Shown in pieces: positions 1 through 12,302 of a stretch of 64,000 nt of DNA. This stretch comes from Chiloscyllium plagiosum (Eukaryota). The notes below the pieces were generated by a model. The model did no database searches, was not told the DNA's origin, and saw nothing but the letters and a program-made list of their open reading frames with translations. The stretch lies in the NCBI RefSeq assembly GCF_004010195.1, contig NC_057751.1:7778137-7842136 (forward strand). The letters are read 5' to 3'. How positions within the stretch are numbered: the stretch's first letter is position 1; each line of letters opens with the position of its first letter. A program made the translations under genes and the position numbers.

Positions 1-2261
1 CATGTGACATCCTCGCTGACCATAGAACGAAGATAGAAACTGCATAAAACAGGAAGGGTAGGCCATTCAGCCCATTGAGCCTGCACCATCATTCAATATC
101 ATCATGGATGATCATCCAACTCAACATCCCACTTCATCCCCCTAAGGTGCTGCATTTTGTTGCAGCCTCCTTTATCCAGAGATTCAGGGTCCACTAGGCC
201 TGTTCGAAGGGTTACTCGGAGACATGGTCAGACACAACAAGAGTGTACCATTCCTGAGGAATATCAGAGGGCAGAATAAGGTTTCTGGATTCAAACCAAA
301 AGCTCATGTCAGGTTGAGTTGGGTGAGTGTCAAGTGAGGAAGGCAATTGATATACGGAAGGAATTAGGGACTGTACAGTGTGACACCTGGGAGATTCGTA
401 CTGCACAGATGGCCACCTGTGCTATGAAGTCTCATGCCACTGAAAGAGGTAGACACTGTTCAGGGGAACAGTCAGGAGATGGCATTGACTGAGCAGAAAG
501 GCTGACTGGGGTTTAGTGTTAAATCAACGCACATTGAAAGTCTGAGCCCAATCTGGCACGTCACCCCAAGCACCCACCTTCCTGCCTCCCCCAAAAGAAG
601 CAATACAATGATAATTTCAATCAGTAGTGGACTCAGAGTTAAATGTGAAACTACAGGACAAGAAGATCCCGCAACATGTCAGTATGCTGTCTTTCAAGAC
701 AAGCAATAAACTATGTGGCTGATGGTCCCTCCCTCGATGCTAATTCAGATGAAACATGAGGGTTGAAATTTTTTGCTGTTTGGAGTACTTTCGACAGTGC
801 TTTCTGATTGAAAGGCTAACAAATGACCAGAACACCATCTCAAATAGCAAGGAGTACAAATGAGTTGGAGAAGTACTTAGCATTGCTAAGTTAGGAAACG
901 GGAGAAGGATAAACACAATTAAAAGTTTAGAGACATATCTTTCACAAATTATGTCAGGAAACCTTTGTCTCTGGACAGAATGAGACAAGTTGGAAAACAT
1001 TCCAGGGTAGATGAATTCTTAAACCTCAGATTGACAGATTTCTGCAAACCATCGTTGTTGTTGGAGTTGGGGGATATATCGGCCTTGATCTCATGAATTG
1101 TGTATTAGGATTGAGGGGAGAGGGCTCGATAATCCACTCCTGGTGCCCTCCTGGAGAATGATACGTTGAGCAGGTGACATTAATTCGAGTGAGAAGGCCA
1201 AGTCTGGTGATGCATTCTCTCCCCCATTTCTAAGTAATCCCTTATCCACCGCAATCATTTCACATTCAGCTCCACGATCAACAAACCATCTTGGGCCGAT
1301 GCTGCTACAAGTCCTACGATGTGGCAGAGAACCGTAACCTTGGAAACAAGGTATCTCGGCCACTGACACAGATTAATGGATGATTTTGAAGACTCCGCTG
1401 TCTGTCTGTGTTCATTTTGCAGTTGGCTTTGTGCCAAGCCCTGGAACAGCCTGTCCTGTTACTATTTTAATTGGTCTCTTGCATAGTTCTGTAAAAAAAA
1501 ACCTATTTATTCACTGCTCACCAAGATGAGGCATTTCAGGCTCATTTCCTCCCGTCCTCCTCTGCTATTTATTCAACAACGACCAATTTCTATTTCTGGT
1601 CACTTTACTAAGACGGGCAGCACAATTAAACTGCCACATGTCCCCGGCCTTTTGCTTAAAAAATTCACTCTGTTCCGGGATGTGACTGTTCATGTTTGTT
1701 GACCTTGAAGTGAGTGGCCATTTCAGACTGCGGTCAACCAATATGAGGCACATCACAAGGCTCCCTTCTCTCGAGGGCCTCCGCTGTGCACGCAGATGGG
1801 TAGCGCCCAAGGCATCGGTGAGTTTTCAGTCCCAGGTGTTATGACGGTGAGTTCATGTTCCACCAGCTGCGGTGGTGGGACTTGAACCAGAGCAGGAGAG
1901 CCTGGTCCTCCAGGTGACATTCTACAATGACGTGACCACGATGCTCCGGTTGCTTCCCCTGCCCCAACTCAGCCACCGAGCTCACTCACAGAAACACCTT
2001 CCAGGTGGCTATTCATGTGCACAAGTCCCACTCCATCGACCAATGAGGGGGCAATCTTTTTTTCTTTTACACAGAGTGGGATCCATGTGTGGAATGAACT
2101 TCCAGAGCAAGTAGTGGATGCGAGTACAGTTATGGTATTTGGAAGACATTTGGATAAGTACATGAATAAGACATGTTTGTAAGGATAAGACATGTTTGTT
2201 GTGGGCAAAGTCTTAGAGAGAATTGTAAGGGATAGGATTTATGCACATCTGGATAGGAACT

Positions 2262-2560
2262 GATTACATTACAGCATGGAAACAGGCCCTTCGGCCCAAC
2301 AAGTCCACACCGACCCACCGAAGTGCAACCCACCCCTGCCCCTACATTTACCCCCTACCTAACACTAGCAATTTGGCAATTTAGCATGGCCAATTCACCT
2401 GACCTGCACATCTTTGGACTGTGGGAGGAAACCGGAGCACCCGGAGGAAACCCACGCAGACACGGGGAGAACGTCCACACAGTCAGTCGCCTGAGGCGGG
2501 AATTGAACCCGGGTCTCAGGCGCTGTGAGGCAGCAGTGCTAACCACTGTGCCACTGTGCC
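2262..2560 (-). mobile_element. HE1-type V-SINE (tRNA-derived shark SINE), near full length
   Basis: Reverse strand has the tRNA-like head ggcacagtggcacagtggttagcactgctgcctcacagcg...ccgggttcaattcc, the V-domain gtgggtttcctccgggtgctccggtttcctcccacagtccaaagatgtgcagg, and a CR1-like tail gggccgaagggcctgtttcc. Confidence 0.85.
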
Positions 2561-3961
2561 GACTGGTCTACTTCCAAGACCAAAGGGTCTACTTCCATAC
2601 TGTATGACCCTCTGACTACAGGGCAGCGCTGAAGGAGTGTCGGAACTTAGATACTATGTCAAGGACTCTGCCTCCCTCTGTTTGCCCATTTAAAATTTCA
2701 TAACGTGACAGGAAGAAGATGATGGAGGGGGGAGCTCTTCCCATTGCTATTAGTTATCCCTCAACTGACAGCACCATAGTAAATTAATGCCATTTAACCT
2801 TTGGCTGCTTTTGGGATCCTGCTGAGCACAACATGACTTCGTTTCATCTGGGTATCTGGTGCATGGAAATTGTCTCAAATCTAAATGACTATCAGGCAAA
2901 GGCAGTGGGAAAAGTACGCAAAAAGTCCCTGAAGGTACAAAGCAACATTTGGCAGCAGAAGAGAGGCATCAGAAACCGGATACATGTCCACGTGTGAGAA
3001 TGGGGAGCATATGTCCCACTTTTGGCCAAGCTGAAATCCGTCAGAGAGAGAGAGAGAGAGAGAAAAAGGAATCAGCAGAACTGAACAAGTGTGAGTGGCT
3101 GCAGCAGAATGGAAAACATGAGGATGGATACCTTCAGGGTAACCGAGGAGGGAAGATCACAGAGTCTGGGCCACGGGAAAACCACCCCAAGACCCGCACA
3201 AGTTGGCTGCTGTTTGCACGTGTCACAACAAGAACAGCTACCGAGGGGTTGGAAACCCACACAGGGTTCAAAAGGAGAAATCATGAGCCACGTATTCTCA
3301 AGGTGAAATTGTAAACTGCAGCTATGTGCCGGGCAGTGATGTCCCACACGACAGTGCTGGTAAGAAACCATCTCCAGTGAGATTGACAGGGTAGAAGTGA
3401 GCAGGACAGCAAGAGGCCCCAGGGATGGCAGGGCAAGAGGATATAACACGGGGGATGAGGTGGGGGAGGGGGGGTGGAAGAGAGGCTGGGAGAGATTCGT
3501 GTCAAACCTTTCACATTGCCATCTTACTTGACTGCTCAACAGAGCGTCTCCACAACAAGTTGGAGATTGTGGACTGGTTTCTTGCCCGGTCAGTCCAACA
3601 CTCTTTCTCTTCCCCCCCCCCCCCGACTTCTGAACGGCCTGTGCACAGACAGGGGAGACGACCCTCTCATACCTCTGAGGATCTCACAGCACAGGGAAAT
3701 GTAGGTCTTCTTTTCCCTGATTCCACCAGCTCTTTGCAACAATTTTGCTCCAGGTCCCTGACCTCTCTACACTGCACTGACAATGTGACTTTGCAGTTAC
3801 TGTTGAATCAAGCTCTTGTAGTCACGCCGTCAGGCAGTGCTGGAACAGGTCATCACTGAATTCAGACTTCCTGGCTCAGTGGTAAGGACACTACCACTGT
3901 GCTGCAAAGGAGCTCAAGGTGTATTTATATCCTTGTCCAAGTCCAGCTCCATTTTGAAAGT

Positions 3962-4115
3962 CCAATTACAACATTTGAAAGGCATCTGGATGGGTATATA
4001 AACAGGAAAGGTTGACAACGATATGAGCCAAGTGCTGGCAAATGGGACTAGATTAATTTGGGATATCTGGTCGGCGTGGATGAGTTGGATCGAAGGGTCT
4101 GTTTCTATGCTGTAC
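3962..4115 (+). mobile_element. CR1/HER1 LINE 3' end fragment
   Basis: caattacaacatttgaaaggcatctggatggg...gaagggtctgtttctatgctgtac matches the other CR1 3' ends in the window. Confidence 0.75.
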
Positions 4116-4129
4116 ATTTTTCTGATTAT

Positions 4130-4550
4130 TGGTTCGCTCGCTGTGCTAGAAGGCTGATTTTCAGACGTTTCGTCACCATACTCAGGTGCTCCTGTTTCCT
4201 CCCACAGTCCAAAGATGTGCAGGTCAGGTGAATTGGCCATGCTAAATTGCCCGTAGTGTTAGGTGAAGGGGTAAATGTAGGGGAATGGGTCTGGGTGGGT
4301 GCGCTTTGGCGGGTCGGTGTGGACTTGTTGGGCCGAAGGGCCTGTTTCCACACTGTAAATAATCTAAGTAATCTAAGTAATACTAGGTAACATCTTCAGA
4401 GAGCCTCCAGACGAAGCACTGCTGATGATTCCTGCTTTCTATTGAAATGTTTGGGTTTCTTTGGGTTGGTGATGTCATTTCCTGTTCTTTTTCTCAGGGG
4501 GTGGTAAATGGGGTCCAAGTCAATGTGTTTGTTGATGGAGTTCTGGTTGG
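4130..4550 (-). mobile_element. Penelope-like element 3' end/pLTR (family C) with hammerhead core, interrupted by an HE1 SINE
   Basis: Minus strand encodes ...NQNSINKHIDLDPIYHPLRKR (PLE GIY-YIG C-terminus). After removing the SINE it reads CTGAAGA-T-GTTACC-TAGTAT-GGTGAC-GAAA-CGTC. Homologous to 18600-18960. Confidence 0.7.
4183..4379 (+). mobile_element. HE1 V-SINE, 5'-truncated, nested in a PLE terminal repeat
   Basis: V-domain through (aatctaagt)n tail; flanked by atact at 4178-4182 and 4380-4384. Confidence 0.8.
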
Positions 4551-4560
4551 TACATTTTTC

Positions 4561-4680
4561 TTCCTGATGAAGGGCTTATGCCTGAAACATCAACCCTCCT
4601 GCTACTTGGATGCTGCCTGACCTGCTGTGCTTTTCCAAGCACCGCACTGTCGACTCTGATCTCCAGTCCTCACTTTCACC
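4561..4680 (+). mobile_element. Short PLE-derived element (family A) with hammerhead core
   Basis: ctgatga-a-gggc-ttat-gcct-gaaa-catc followed by the family body gatgctgcctgacctgctgtgcttttcca...ctcactttc. Confidence 0.75.
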
Positions 4681-5159
4681 ATCTCTACAACTGTCAAACT
4701 TACAGTCCCAGTGAAAACAACCTGACCCATTCAGATTTATCAAGCCCCACCACCCCCTCAGGTTCTTCTGCCCAATGTGCCTCAATGCCTGTATCTGCAC
4801 TTGGGACAGACAAGCCACCAATAATTCTCCAACATCTCCGGCTTTTCCTCCCTTGACCCTTCTCTGAGTGGAGGACATCGATCTCGGTCTCTCCAGAGCC
4901 TCCACGTTCTCACCTCTCACCTCTCACCTGGATGATTCCTGGGACAAAGTGGTTGATTTGAGGACAAAGGGTTGGCCGGTTGGACTCTTGCTCCTTTGAG
5001 TTGAGGGAAATGAGATGTGAGCTGAATGAAACCTGGCAGTGGGTAGTGGGTGGTATTAAAGGGCGGTTGCTGAGAGGCTGTTCCCACCTTGTTGAGAACT
5101 GGGTGACTACACTTTTAAATTAAGTGAAGGTGGGTATCCCATCTCAGACAAATTTGAGG

Positions 5160-5675
5160 CTGCTCCCCACTCCAGGAAAGATGATGTGAAACTCGAAAGG
5201 ATTCAGAAAAGATTTACAAGGATGTTGCCAGGGTTGGAGGGTTTGAACTTCAGGGAGAGGCTGAATAGGCTGGGGCTGTTTTTCCTGGAGCGTCGGAGGC
5301 TGAGGGGTGACCATACAGAAACGTATAAAATCATGAGGTGTATGAATTGGGTGATCAGCTTAGGTGTTATCCCCTGTGTAAAGTGAGTCTAAACCAAGAG
5401 GGTAGAGGTTTAAGATGAGAGGGGAAAGACTTAATAGGGAACCTAAGGGGCAACCTTTTCACGCAGAGGGTGGTGTGTGTATGAAAAGAGCTGCCAGAGG
5501 TTGGTACAGTTACGACATTTAAAAGGCATGTGGATGGGTGAATGAATAGGAAAGCTTTAGCGGGATATGGGTCAAGTGCTGGCAAATTGGATTGGATTAA
5601 TTTCGGACATCTGGTTCAGCATGGACAAGTTGGACTGAAGGGTCTGTTTCCGTGCTGTACAACTCTATGACTCTG
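5160..5675 (+). mobile_element. CR1/HER1 LINE 3' fragment (ORF2 C-terminus plus 3' UTR)
   Basis: ORF 5186-5386 KLERIQKRFTRMLPGLEGLNFRERLNRLGLFFLERRRLRGD; tail ctctatgactct. Confidence 0.85.
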
Positions 5676-6244
5676 TAACAATTATTTTCCATAAGCAACA
5701 TCGTCGGTCTGTACCATCCTCTTCCCCATTGAGCCCTGGAGCTAATGAATCAATTCAAGCCTGAATTAGACAGGGGATTTTTGATTGTCAAGGGGGACAA
5801 CAGACATGGATTTGAGGTCATGTTGAAGTAGCCATGGCTTTACCCAATGGTGGACCAAGGTTGTGTTTGTACTTATTGTTTTCCGTATGTTCACCTCATG
5901 GTGGTTAGAAGTTCACAGAGAAGAATACCCCTGGCTTTCAGAATTCCACTGACAACAGTGTTTGCACTTTTTCTTTACACAGACCATGTTTATGCCACTC
6001 ACTTCAAGTGCTGCAACAACAACTGGCTGTGCAAACATACATAAGTTGAGCAGTATCCAACTGGGCAGCTATCTTGAATGTCAGAAAACCATCCAAACTG
6101 CATTGAGATGGCATCCAAGCTGTCTGCTGTCAGGGATATTGATTGAGAACTTGCTGCTTCTTCTATCATGACCACATGTCACCGTTTAGTCAATTCATCC
6201 AGTTTAACAGCTCTCCCGACACAACAAACCCTGTTAATGCTCAC

Positions 6245-6567
6245 TGGTTAGCACTGCTGCCTCACAGAGCCAGGGATCCGGGTTCAATTCCAGCATCGGG
6301 CAACCGTCTGTGTGGAGTTTGCACATTCTCCCTGTGTTTGCATGGATTTCCTCCGGGTGCTACGGTTTTCTCCCACAGTCCAAAGTCGTACGGGTTGGGT
6401 GGATTGGCCTTGCTAATTTGTCCTATAGACTTTCAGTAGATTAGCCATAGGAAATGCAGGGTAATAGGGAAAGGGGGGGTCTGGTTGGAATGCTCTCCGG
6501 AGGGTCAGTATGGACTCGATGGGCGGAAAGGCCTGCTCAAACACTGCAGGGGTTCTATGATTCTATG
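6245..6567 (+). mobile_element. HE1 V-SINE
   Basis: tRNA-like head ggttagcactgctgcctcacag...ccgggttcaattcc, V-domain, and (ttctatga)n tail. Confidence 0.8.
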
Positions 6568-6705
6568 TATGCTGTCTTCTCTTACTGTTCAGATTAGCAA
6601 CGATATCTTTCCCAAATGAAGCTCGAGTTCTCAGGTACATGAAGCTCAAAAAGAAGCCATTTGGATTGACGTGTGAAAACCCATATTCATGATCTCCACG
6701 GATCT

Positions 6706-7085
6706 TAGAACATAAGAACTCAGAGCAGGAGTAGGCCACCTTGGCCCTTTGAGCCTGCCCTGCCATTCAGTAAGGTCATGCCTGAACGTTTCACGACCCA
6801 GCTCACTTACCTGCCCTCTCACCATAACCCTTAATTCTTTCACTGTTCAAAAAATTATTAATCTTAGCTTTGAAAGCATTTACTGAGGAAGCCTCAGCTA
6901 TTTCACTGGGCAGGGAATGCTGCAGATTCACAACCCTCTGGGTGAAGAAATTCAGTCCTAAATCTGCTCTCCCTAGTTTTGAGGCTATCCCCTCTTGTCC
7001 TAGTCTCACCTGCCAATGGAAACATCCTCTCTCCATCTATCTTAACTATTCTCTTCATAATTTTGTGTGTTTCCATAAGATCCAA
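6706..7085 (-). mobile_element. CR1-type LINE 3' fragment
   Basis: Minus ORFs LDLMETHKIMKRIVKIDGERMFPLAGETRTRGDSLK and FFTQRVVNLQHSLP; agaacataagaac tail. Confidence 0.8.
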
Positions 7086-7807
7086 CACCCCGCCTCATTC
7101 TTCCCCCACATGTCTTCTGCTTCTTCTAGTCATAATATTATGGCATTCTTTCCATCTTTGAGTCACAATCACCTGAATCAGGGCATGCGTGTTACCGTCC
7201 CATTGAAGCAGCCAAATAGCACGTTGCCTTTGAAGGGTTTGGTTACACAGAGGCATCACGGAATCCCCACACTGCGGGGAGAGGCCACTCAGTCCACCAA
7301 GTCCTCGGCTACCCTCTGGATAGCATCCCACCCACCCAGCCCCAGTCCCACTTCACCACCCTCTCACTGTCATTTGAAACATTATTTTTGCCCTCCAGTA
7401 CTTCCCTAATTCAATTGCATCCGCTTCAACCACACTCTCAGGCACCACATTCCAGACCCTGACCCCTTGCTGTTTCAAAATACTTAGCCTCATGCTACGC
7501 CTTGCAACTTTTGAGAAACATTTTAACTTGGTCTCCTCTGGGGCTTGATGTTTTGAACTTCACAAGCAGGTGACCTACTCTGACCAGGTCGCTCTGAAAA
7601 TCTGAACACAGCAAATTGTCTCCCAATTTTCACTTCTACCAGGAGACTCCAGTTCCTCAAATTCATCTGCATGAGCCAAGTTTCTGATCACTGGAACCAT
7701 CTGTTCTGTGCTTTGCACATCATTGCTCAAGTGTGGTGTCCAGAATAGGTCACAACAATCCAGGTGAGAACAAACAATTGTTTCCTTTCTCACACTGATC
7801 ACAACTT

Positions 7808-7937
7808 GCCTGATTCGAAAAATGTGCCCGAAACATCGATTCTCCTGCTCCTCGGATGCTGCCTGACCTGCTGTGCTTTTCCAGCACCACACTTCTCGAC
7901 TCTGACTCTCCAGCATCTGCAGTCCTCACTTTCTCTT
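7808..7937 (+). mobile_element. Short PLE-derived element (family A), hammerhead partly lost
   Basis: gcccgaaacatcgattctcctgctcctcggatgctgcctgacctgctgtgcttttccagcacc...cagtcctcactttctc. Confidence 0.75.
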
Positions 7938-8099
7938 AATAACTTGCTTGATGAAGTACTCTCTGCCTATACTTATTAATCCCACAAGCTCTTTGTGCCT
8001 TCTCAAGCACTCAAGCTGCCTGCACCACCAAGCACGTGGGCAAACATAAGATACCCACAGCCCCTGCCCCTTGCTTCCTGTGTTGTAGCACTCCCCTGA

Positions 8100-8470
8100 A
8101 GATTCAGGGTGTACTATCTACAAGATGCACTGCAGAAATTCAGCCAAGGTCCTCAGACAGCACCTTCCAAATCCACGACTACTTCCATAGGGAAGGAAAA
8201 ACGCAGCAGATGCTTGGGAACACCACCACCTCCAAGTTCTCCTCTGAGCCACGAACCATCCTGACTTGGAAATATATCACCATTCCTCATTGTCGTTGGG
8301 TCAAAATCCTGGAATTCCCTCCCCAATGGCATTGTGGGTCAACCCACAGCAGGTGGACTGCAGCAGTTCAAGAAGGCAGCTCACTACCACCTTCTCAAGG
8401 GGCAACTTGGGACAGGCTGCAAATACTGGCTGGCCAGCCACCCTCACATTCCACAAATAACCTTTTTTTA
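8100..8470 (+). mobile_element. CR1-group LINE 3' end (second family)
   Basis: catcctgacttggaaatatatc...gggtcaaaatcctggaattccctccc...ttcaagaaggcagctcactaccaccttctcaaggggcaac. The same block recurs at 22100-22730, 27835-28180 and 48400-48840. Confidence 0.65.
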
Positions 8471-9714
8471 AAAATCAGGCTCTTCTTTCAATATTGCCTC
8501 ACTGGTCCTCAACTCAAATGAACCACTTTGCGTTCCTCTGCATCAAACTCAATGTGCCATCTGCTTGCCATGTTCATCACAATCTTCCACAAGGTCCACG
8601 AAACCTTGAAGTTCTGTACTACCTGCAAAGCTATGTCCCATCTGCCCAACCCTGGGTCAGAAATACAGATCAAGAGCAACAGAGAGAGGAGGAACAGCAT
8701 AAAGTCTGATAAATTCTTTTATCATCTTCCCTCACTCAATGGCACTGAGCATAAGTGATGTCCCCAAAATGGCACCTCAATTGAAACCAGCTACCTCAGT
8801 AGAAGCTGTGTTTCCTGGGTAGCTCATTTCCGAAATCAGAGAGCGAGCTAAACAGAATGCCCTACCATACAAATCTTTGGAAAGGTAGTGGTTCTTCCTT
8901 TGTCATGTTAAGGCACAATTTGAAAAAATAAACAAATGCTCCTAATTTGTATGCTCCAACAGTGATTGCAAGGCCCTTCAGAATTAGCCATTTCTCTGAG
9001 ATCTGTAGAGAGCCAGTGATGACATGAATGTATTGATGCTGAGCTAAAATAACTTCAGAATATTAATCAAGGGCACAAACAAAATATGCAAATAAATGAA
9101 ACCGCTAACTTCATTGCAAATCTTCCCAACCTCGGTGAGAACCATCTTTCATGTTCATTATTATCATTCAAAGTTGATGGTCCTTCTTTATTAATGTGAT
9201 GGTTTAATCAAGTGTTTCAGCAAAGTGAATCACTCCATTAGACAACATGACAGAGTTGAGCAGCAGTCAGGAAGGTGAAGGATGGAGAGATGAGAGACAG
9301 TCTCTTTTTAGTCTTTGTTCTTTTTCTCTCAGCGCTGCTTTGACAATAATGACAAACGTCTCTATCCTGCCTCGAGGGGAGCGAGTTACACCAGCAAACT
9401 AAAGGGGAAAGGGAGCATTTGCAGACCAAGCAGATCTTGATGGGGCTCAACGTGCAGGAAAACTGTGCCTCTGAAAACAGAGAAATGCCACCAAAGATTC
9501 TTATCTTGCAGTCAACAGGGGTGAGTCATACAGCACAGAAACAGACTCTTCGGACTTCCAAGATGACCATACTCCCAAACTAAACTACTCCCACTGTCTA
9601 CACTTGGCCCATATCTTGGCCCCAGCAGACAGGCCGTCCAGGAAAACCAAATTTCAAATGGCTGGCAAGTCGACATTGATTAGTCAAGGTGTTAGAGTCG
9701 GGAGGTTATGCTCA

Positions 9715-9924
9715 CAGGTCGTTCTGGTATAATGCAAACGTGAATTGGCTGTAATGCGATTGATGAATTGGGGACACTGCTTCTCAAGCATGACCTTTTA
9801 AAACATATGTTGGCTGTTTCGCGATTACAGTGCCAACACTTTAAGCACTGTTACTAAAGCACGATTTTCCTACAGTGCGGGGTTGCACAAGAATGCAACC
9901 ATCACGTTACAGAAGAACTGACTG
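9715..9924. mobile_element. Tc1/mariner (Tigger/pogo-like) MITE
   Basis: Degenerate terminal inverted repeats caggtcgttctggtataatgc / acgttacagaagaactgactg followed by TA; no coding capacity. Confidence 0.55.
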
Positions 9925-9937
9925 TACAGGGCAATGT

Positions 9938-10138
9938 CAAAGGTTGCTGGAAAAGCACAGCAGGTCAGGCAGCATCCGAGCAGCAGGAGAGAGTACATTT
10001 CGAGCATAAGCTCTTCATCAGCTCCTCATCATATTACTGACGACTCTCCTGCTCCTCGGATGCAGCCTGACCTGCTGTGCTTTTCCAGCACCATACTTTT
10101 GACTCTGATCTCCAGCACCTGCAGTCCTCACTTTCCCC
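9938..10138. mobile_element. Fold-back family A PLE-derived element with hammerhead core and 16-bp TSD
   Basis: Two inverted arms; direct repeat ctgtacagggcaatgt at 9922-9937 and 10139-10154; minus-strand hammerhead core at 9993-10021. Confidence 0.8.
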
Positions 10139-10169
10139 CTGTACAGGGCAATGTTGAGACCATATCCAG

Positions 10170-10640
10170 CGTAGTGTAGATGGTAGAGTGTAAACGCATT
10201 GGAAGCAGTTCAGAGAAGGCTGACTAGACTCATACCTGGACTAATGAATGGAAAGGGTGGTCAGGCTAGCCTCATATCCACTGGCATTGGGAACAGTTAC
10301 ATTTGACTTAACTGGAAACTGGTAAGGAACTCCACAGGGTCAATGTGGAGAGGATGTTTCTTCTTCAGGGAGAACCCAGAACGAGGGAATAGTGTTTAAA
10401 GGTCAGGAATCACCTGATCAAAATAGAGATCAGGGAAAATGTTTTCTCCCACAAAGGTTAGAATCTTTGGAACTTTGATTCTGAAAAGGTCATGGAAGCA
10501 GAATCCTTGATTAAGACATAGGGGCATTGATTCTTGCTGAGAAACCTTGCAAGGTATCAGCAGGGCTACGTAGGAATGTGGATTTGAAGTTGCAATTAGT
10601 TCAGCCAATACCTTATTAAACAAAGGAGGAGGATTGAGGG
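10170..10640 (+). mobile_element. Old, diverged CR1-type LINE 3' fragment
   Basis: gcattggaagcagttcagagaagg...gagaggatgtttcttcttcagggagaacccagaacgaggg...ggttagaatctttggaac. Confidence 0.6.
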
Positions 10641-10711
10641 ACATAGAAGCAACAGCTCACTTCAACATCCCACTTCATGACTGCTTCAGCTGAATTCAAA
10701 CCACCAATAGT

Positions 10712-10806
10712 TAACAAAAAGAGAAGTTGCTGGAAAAGCTCAGCAGGTCTGGCAGCATCTGTGAAGAGAAATCAGAGTTAAAGTTTTAGGTCCGGTGACC
10801 CTTCCC
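10712..10806 (-). mobile_element. PLE terminal-repeat fragment (family D)
   Basis: Reverse strand reads ggaagggtcaccggacctaaaactttaactctgatttctcttcacagatgctgccagacctgctgagcttttccagcaac, a truncated hammerhead stem II plus the shared body. Similar to 41200-41272. Confidence 0.6.
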
Positions 10807-10927
10807 CCTTCACCAACAGTTAACTTGATTGGGGGGGGCTGGGGTACTCTTCTTACCAGTGTTGAAGATATATACTCAACCTCTGTAACACCACAGCCCT
10901 AATTTCAATCAACACTGAAGCGTTCTT

Positions 10928-11210
10928 CATAGAACATAGAACATAGAAGAATACAGCGCAGTACAGGCCCTTCGCCCCTCGATGTTGCGCCGGTCCAAGC
11001 CCACCTAACCTACACTAGCCCACTATCCTTCATATGCCTATCCAATGCCCGCTTAAATGCCCATAATGAGGGAGAGTCCACCACTGCTACTGGCAGGCCA
11101 TTCCATGAACTCACGACTCGCTGAGTAAAGAACCTACCCCTAACATCTGCCCTATACCTACCCCCCCTTAATTTAAAGCTATGCCCCCTCGTAATAGCTG
11201 ACTCCATACC
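10928..11210 (-). mobile_element. Young CR1 LINE 3' end
   Basis: ORF 11010-11207 ESAITRGHSFKLRGGRYRADVRGRFFTQRVVSSWNGLP; (catagaa)n tail. Confidence 0.85.
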
Positions 11211-11581
11211 CGGTGTAACACTGAGCCCAATTCTTTTTGCTTGTCATAGTGGTTAGAGTGCTCCTTCATCAACCAGGGAATCGTGTTTTAAATCAGGATT
11301 AGCCCTATTGCCCATGAAAATGCAATGTCTAAGGCTCAACCCCCCCTGCTAGATATGGTTGTGTCTGATCAAAGTTAATTCATGTTTATGCTTAGCTAAG
11401 TGCAAAACATGGAGGAGCAGCTAATTGCTCAGCCACCTCTTGATCTCAAAATGTTAACTTTCTCTCTCTTAGATGCTGCCTAACTCCCTGTGATTTCCAG
11501 AAATTTTTTGTTTTCCATCTTGATCTCTTCCTCTCGCCCCCTCTCCTGGACATACTCTGTGCTCAGTACAGGCATCCAGAA

Positions 11582-11972
11582 AACTACTTTCGTATCATCC
11601 GCAAACTTTCTCACCCAACCTTCTAACCCCTCTTCCAGGTCATTTATAAAAATGACAAACAGCAATGGTCCCAAAACAGATCCTTGCGGAACACCGCTAG
11701 TGACAGCACTCCATGATGAACCTTTGCCATCAACTACTATCCTCTGTCTTCTTCCAGCCAGCCAACTCCTTATCCAAACCTCCAACTCACCCTCAATGCC
11801 GTACTTCCGTAGTGTTTGCAGTAGTCTACCATGGGGAACCTTATCAAACGCCTTACTAAAATCCATATACACCACATCTACCGCTTTCCCCTCGTCCACC
11901 TCCTTAGTCACCTTCTTAAAGAATTCAATAAGGTTTGTGAGGCACGACCTGCCCTTCACAAAACCATGCTGA
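11582..11972 (-). mobile_element. CR1 LINE reverse-transcriptase fragment
   Basis: ORF 11480-11959 carries [51 protein letters not shown] and KFADDTK. Confidence 0.9.
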
Positions 11973-12302
11973 CTATAAATCAGATCGACACATCTCCAGG
12001 TGAGATTTCATCTTTCTCTTTGTGAAAATTGCCCTGAGGTCTATCAGACCTGTGCAGATTTCTCCGTTTTACTGAGGTACTGTTTGCATATTCGAGGAGT
12101 TTTGAAAAATGCAGGGTATCATTTGATCAAGGGTTAGAAGAGACTGCACCCTTCCACTCATCAACTCTACACCAAAGGAGACCATCAAGACGGCGCAGGT
12201 CTCTCAGCCTGCGAACAATAAGCACAAGTGTTGCGGCATGAGACTGTCACCAGATAGTTCTCCACAACAAACACAACAACGTAAAACCCATCATCACAAA
12301 AC

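Noticed and set aside
1270..1350. Possible 81-nt plus-strand exon (cattcag|...aag|gtatct) encoding LHDQQTILGRCCYKSYDVAENRNLGNK
   Set aside because: Weak splice sites, no recognisable protein and no partner exons.
2949..3314. 121-aa ORF
   Set aside because: Non-ATG start, contains a (GA)n microsatellite, and shows no protein family similarity.
9333..9520. Strong-looking acceptor and GTGAGT donor on the plus strand
   Set aside because: All three frames contain stops, and the donor overlaps a CR1 tail (gagtcata).
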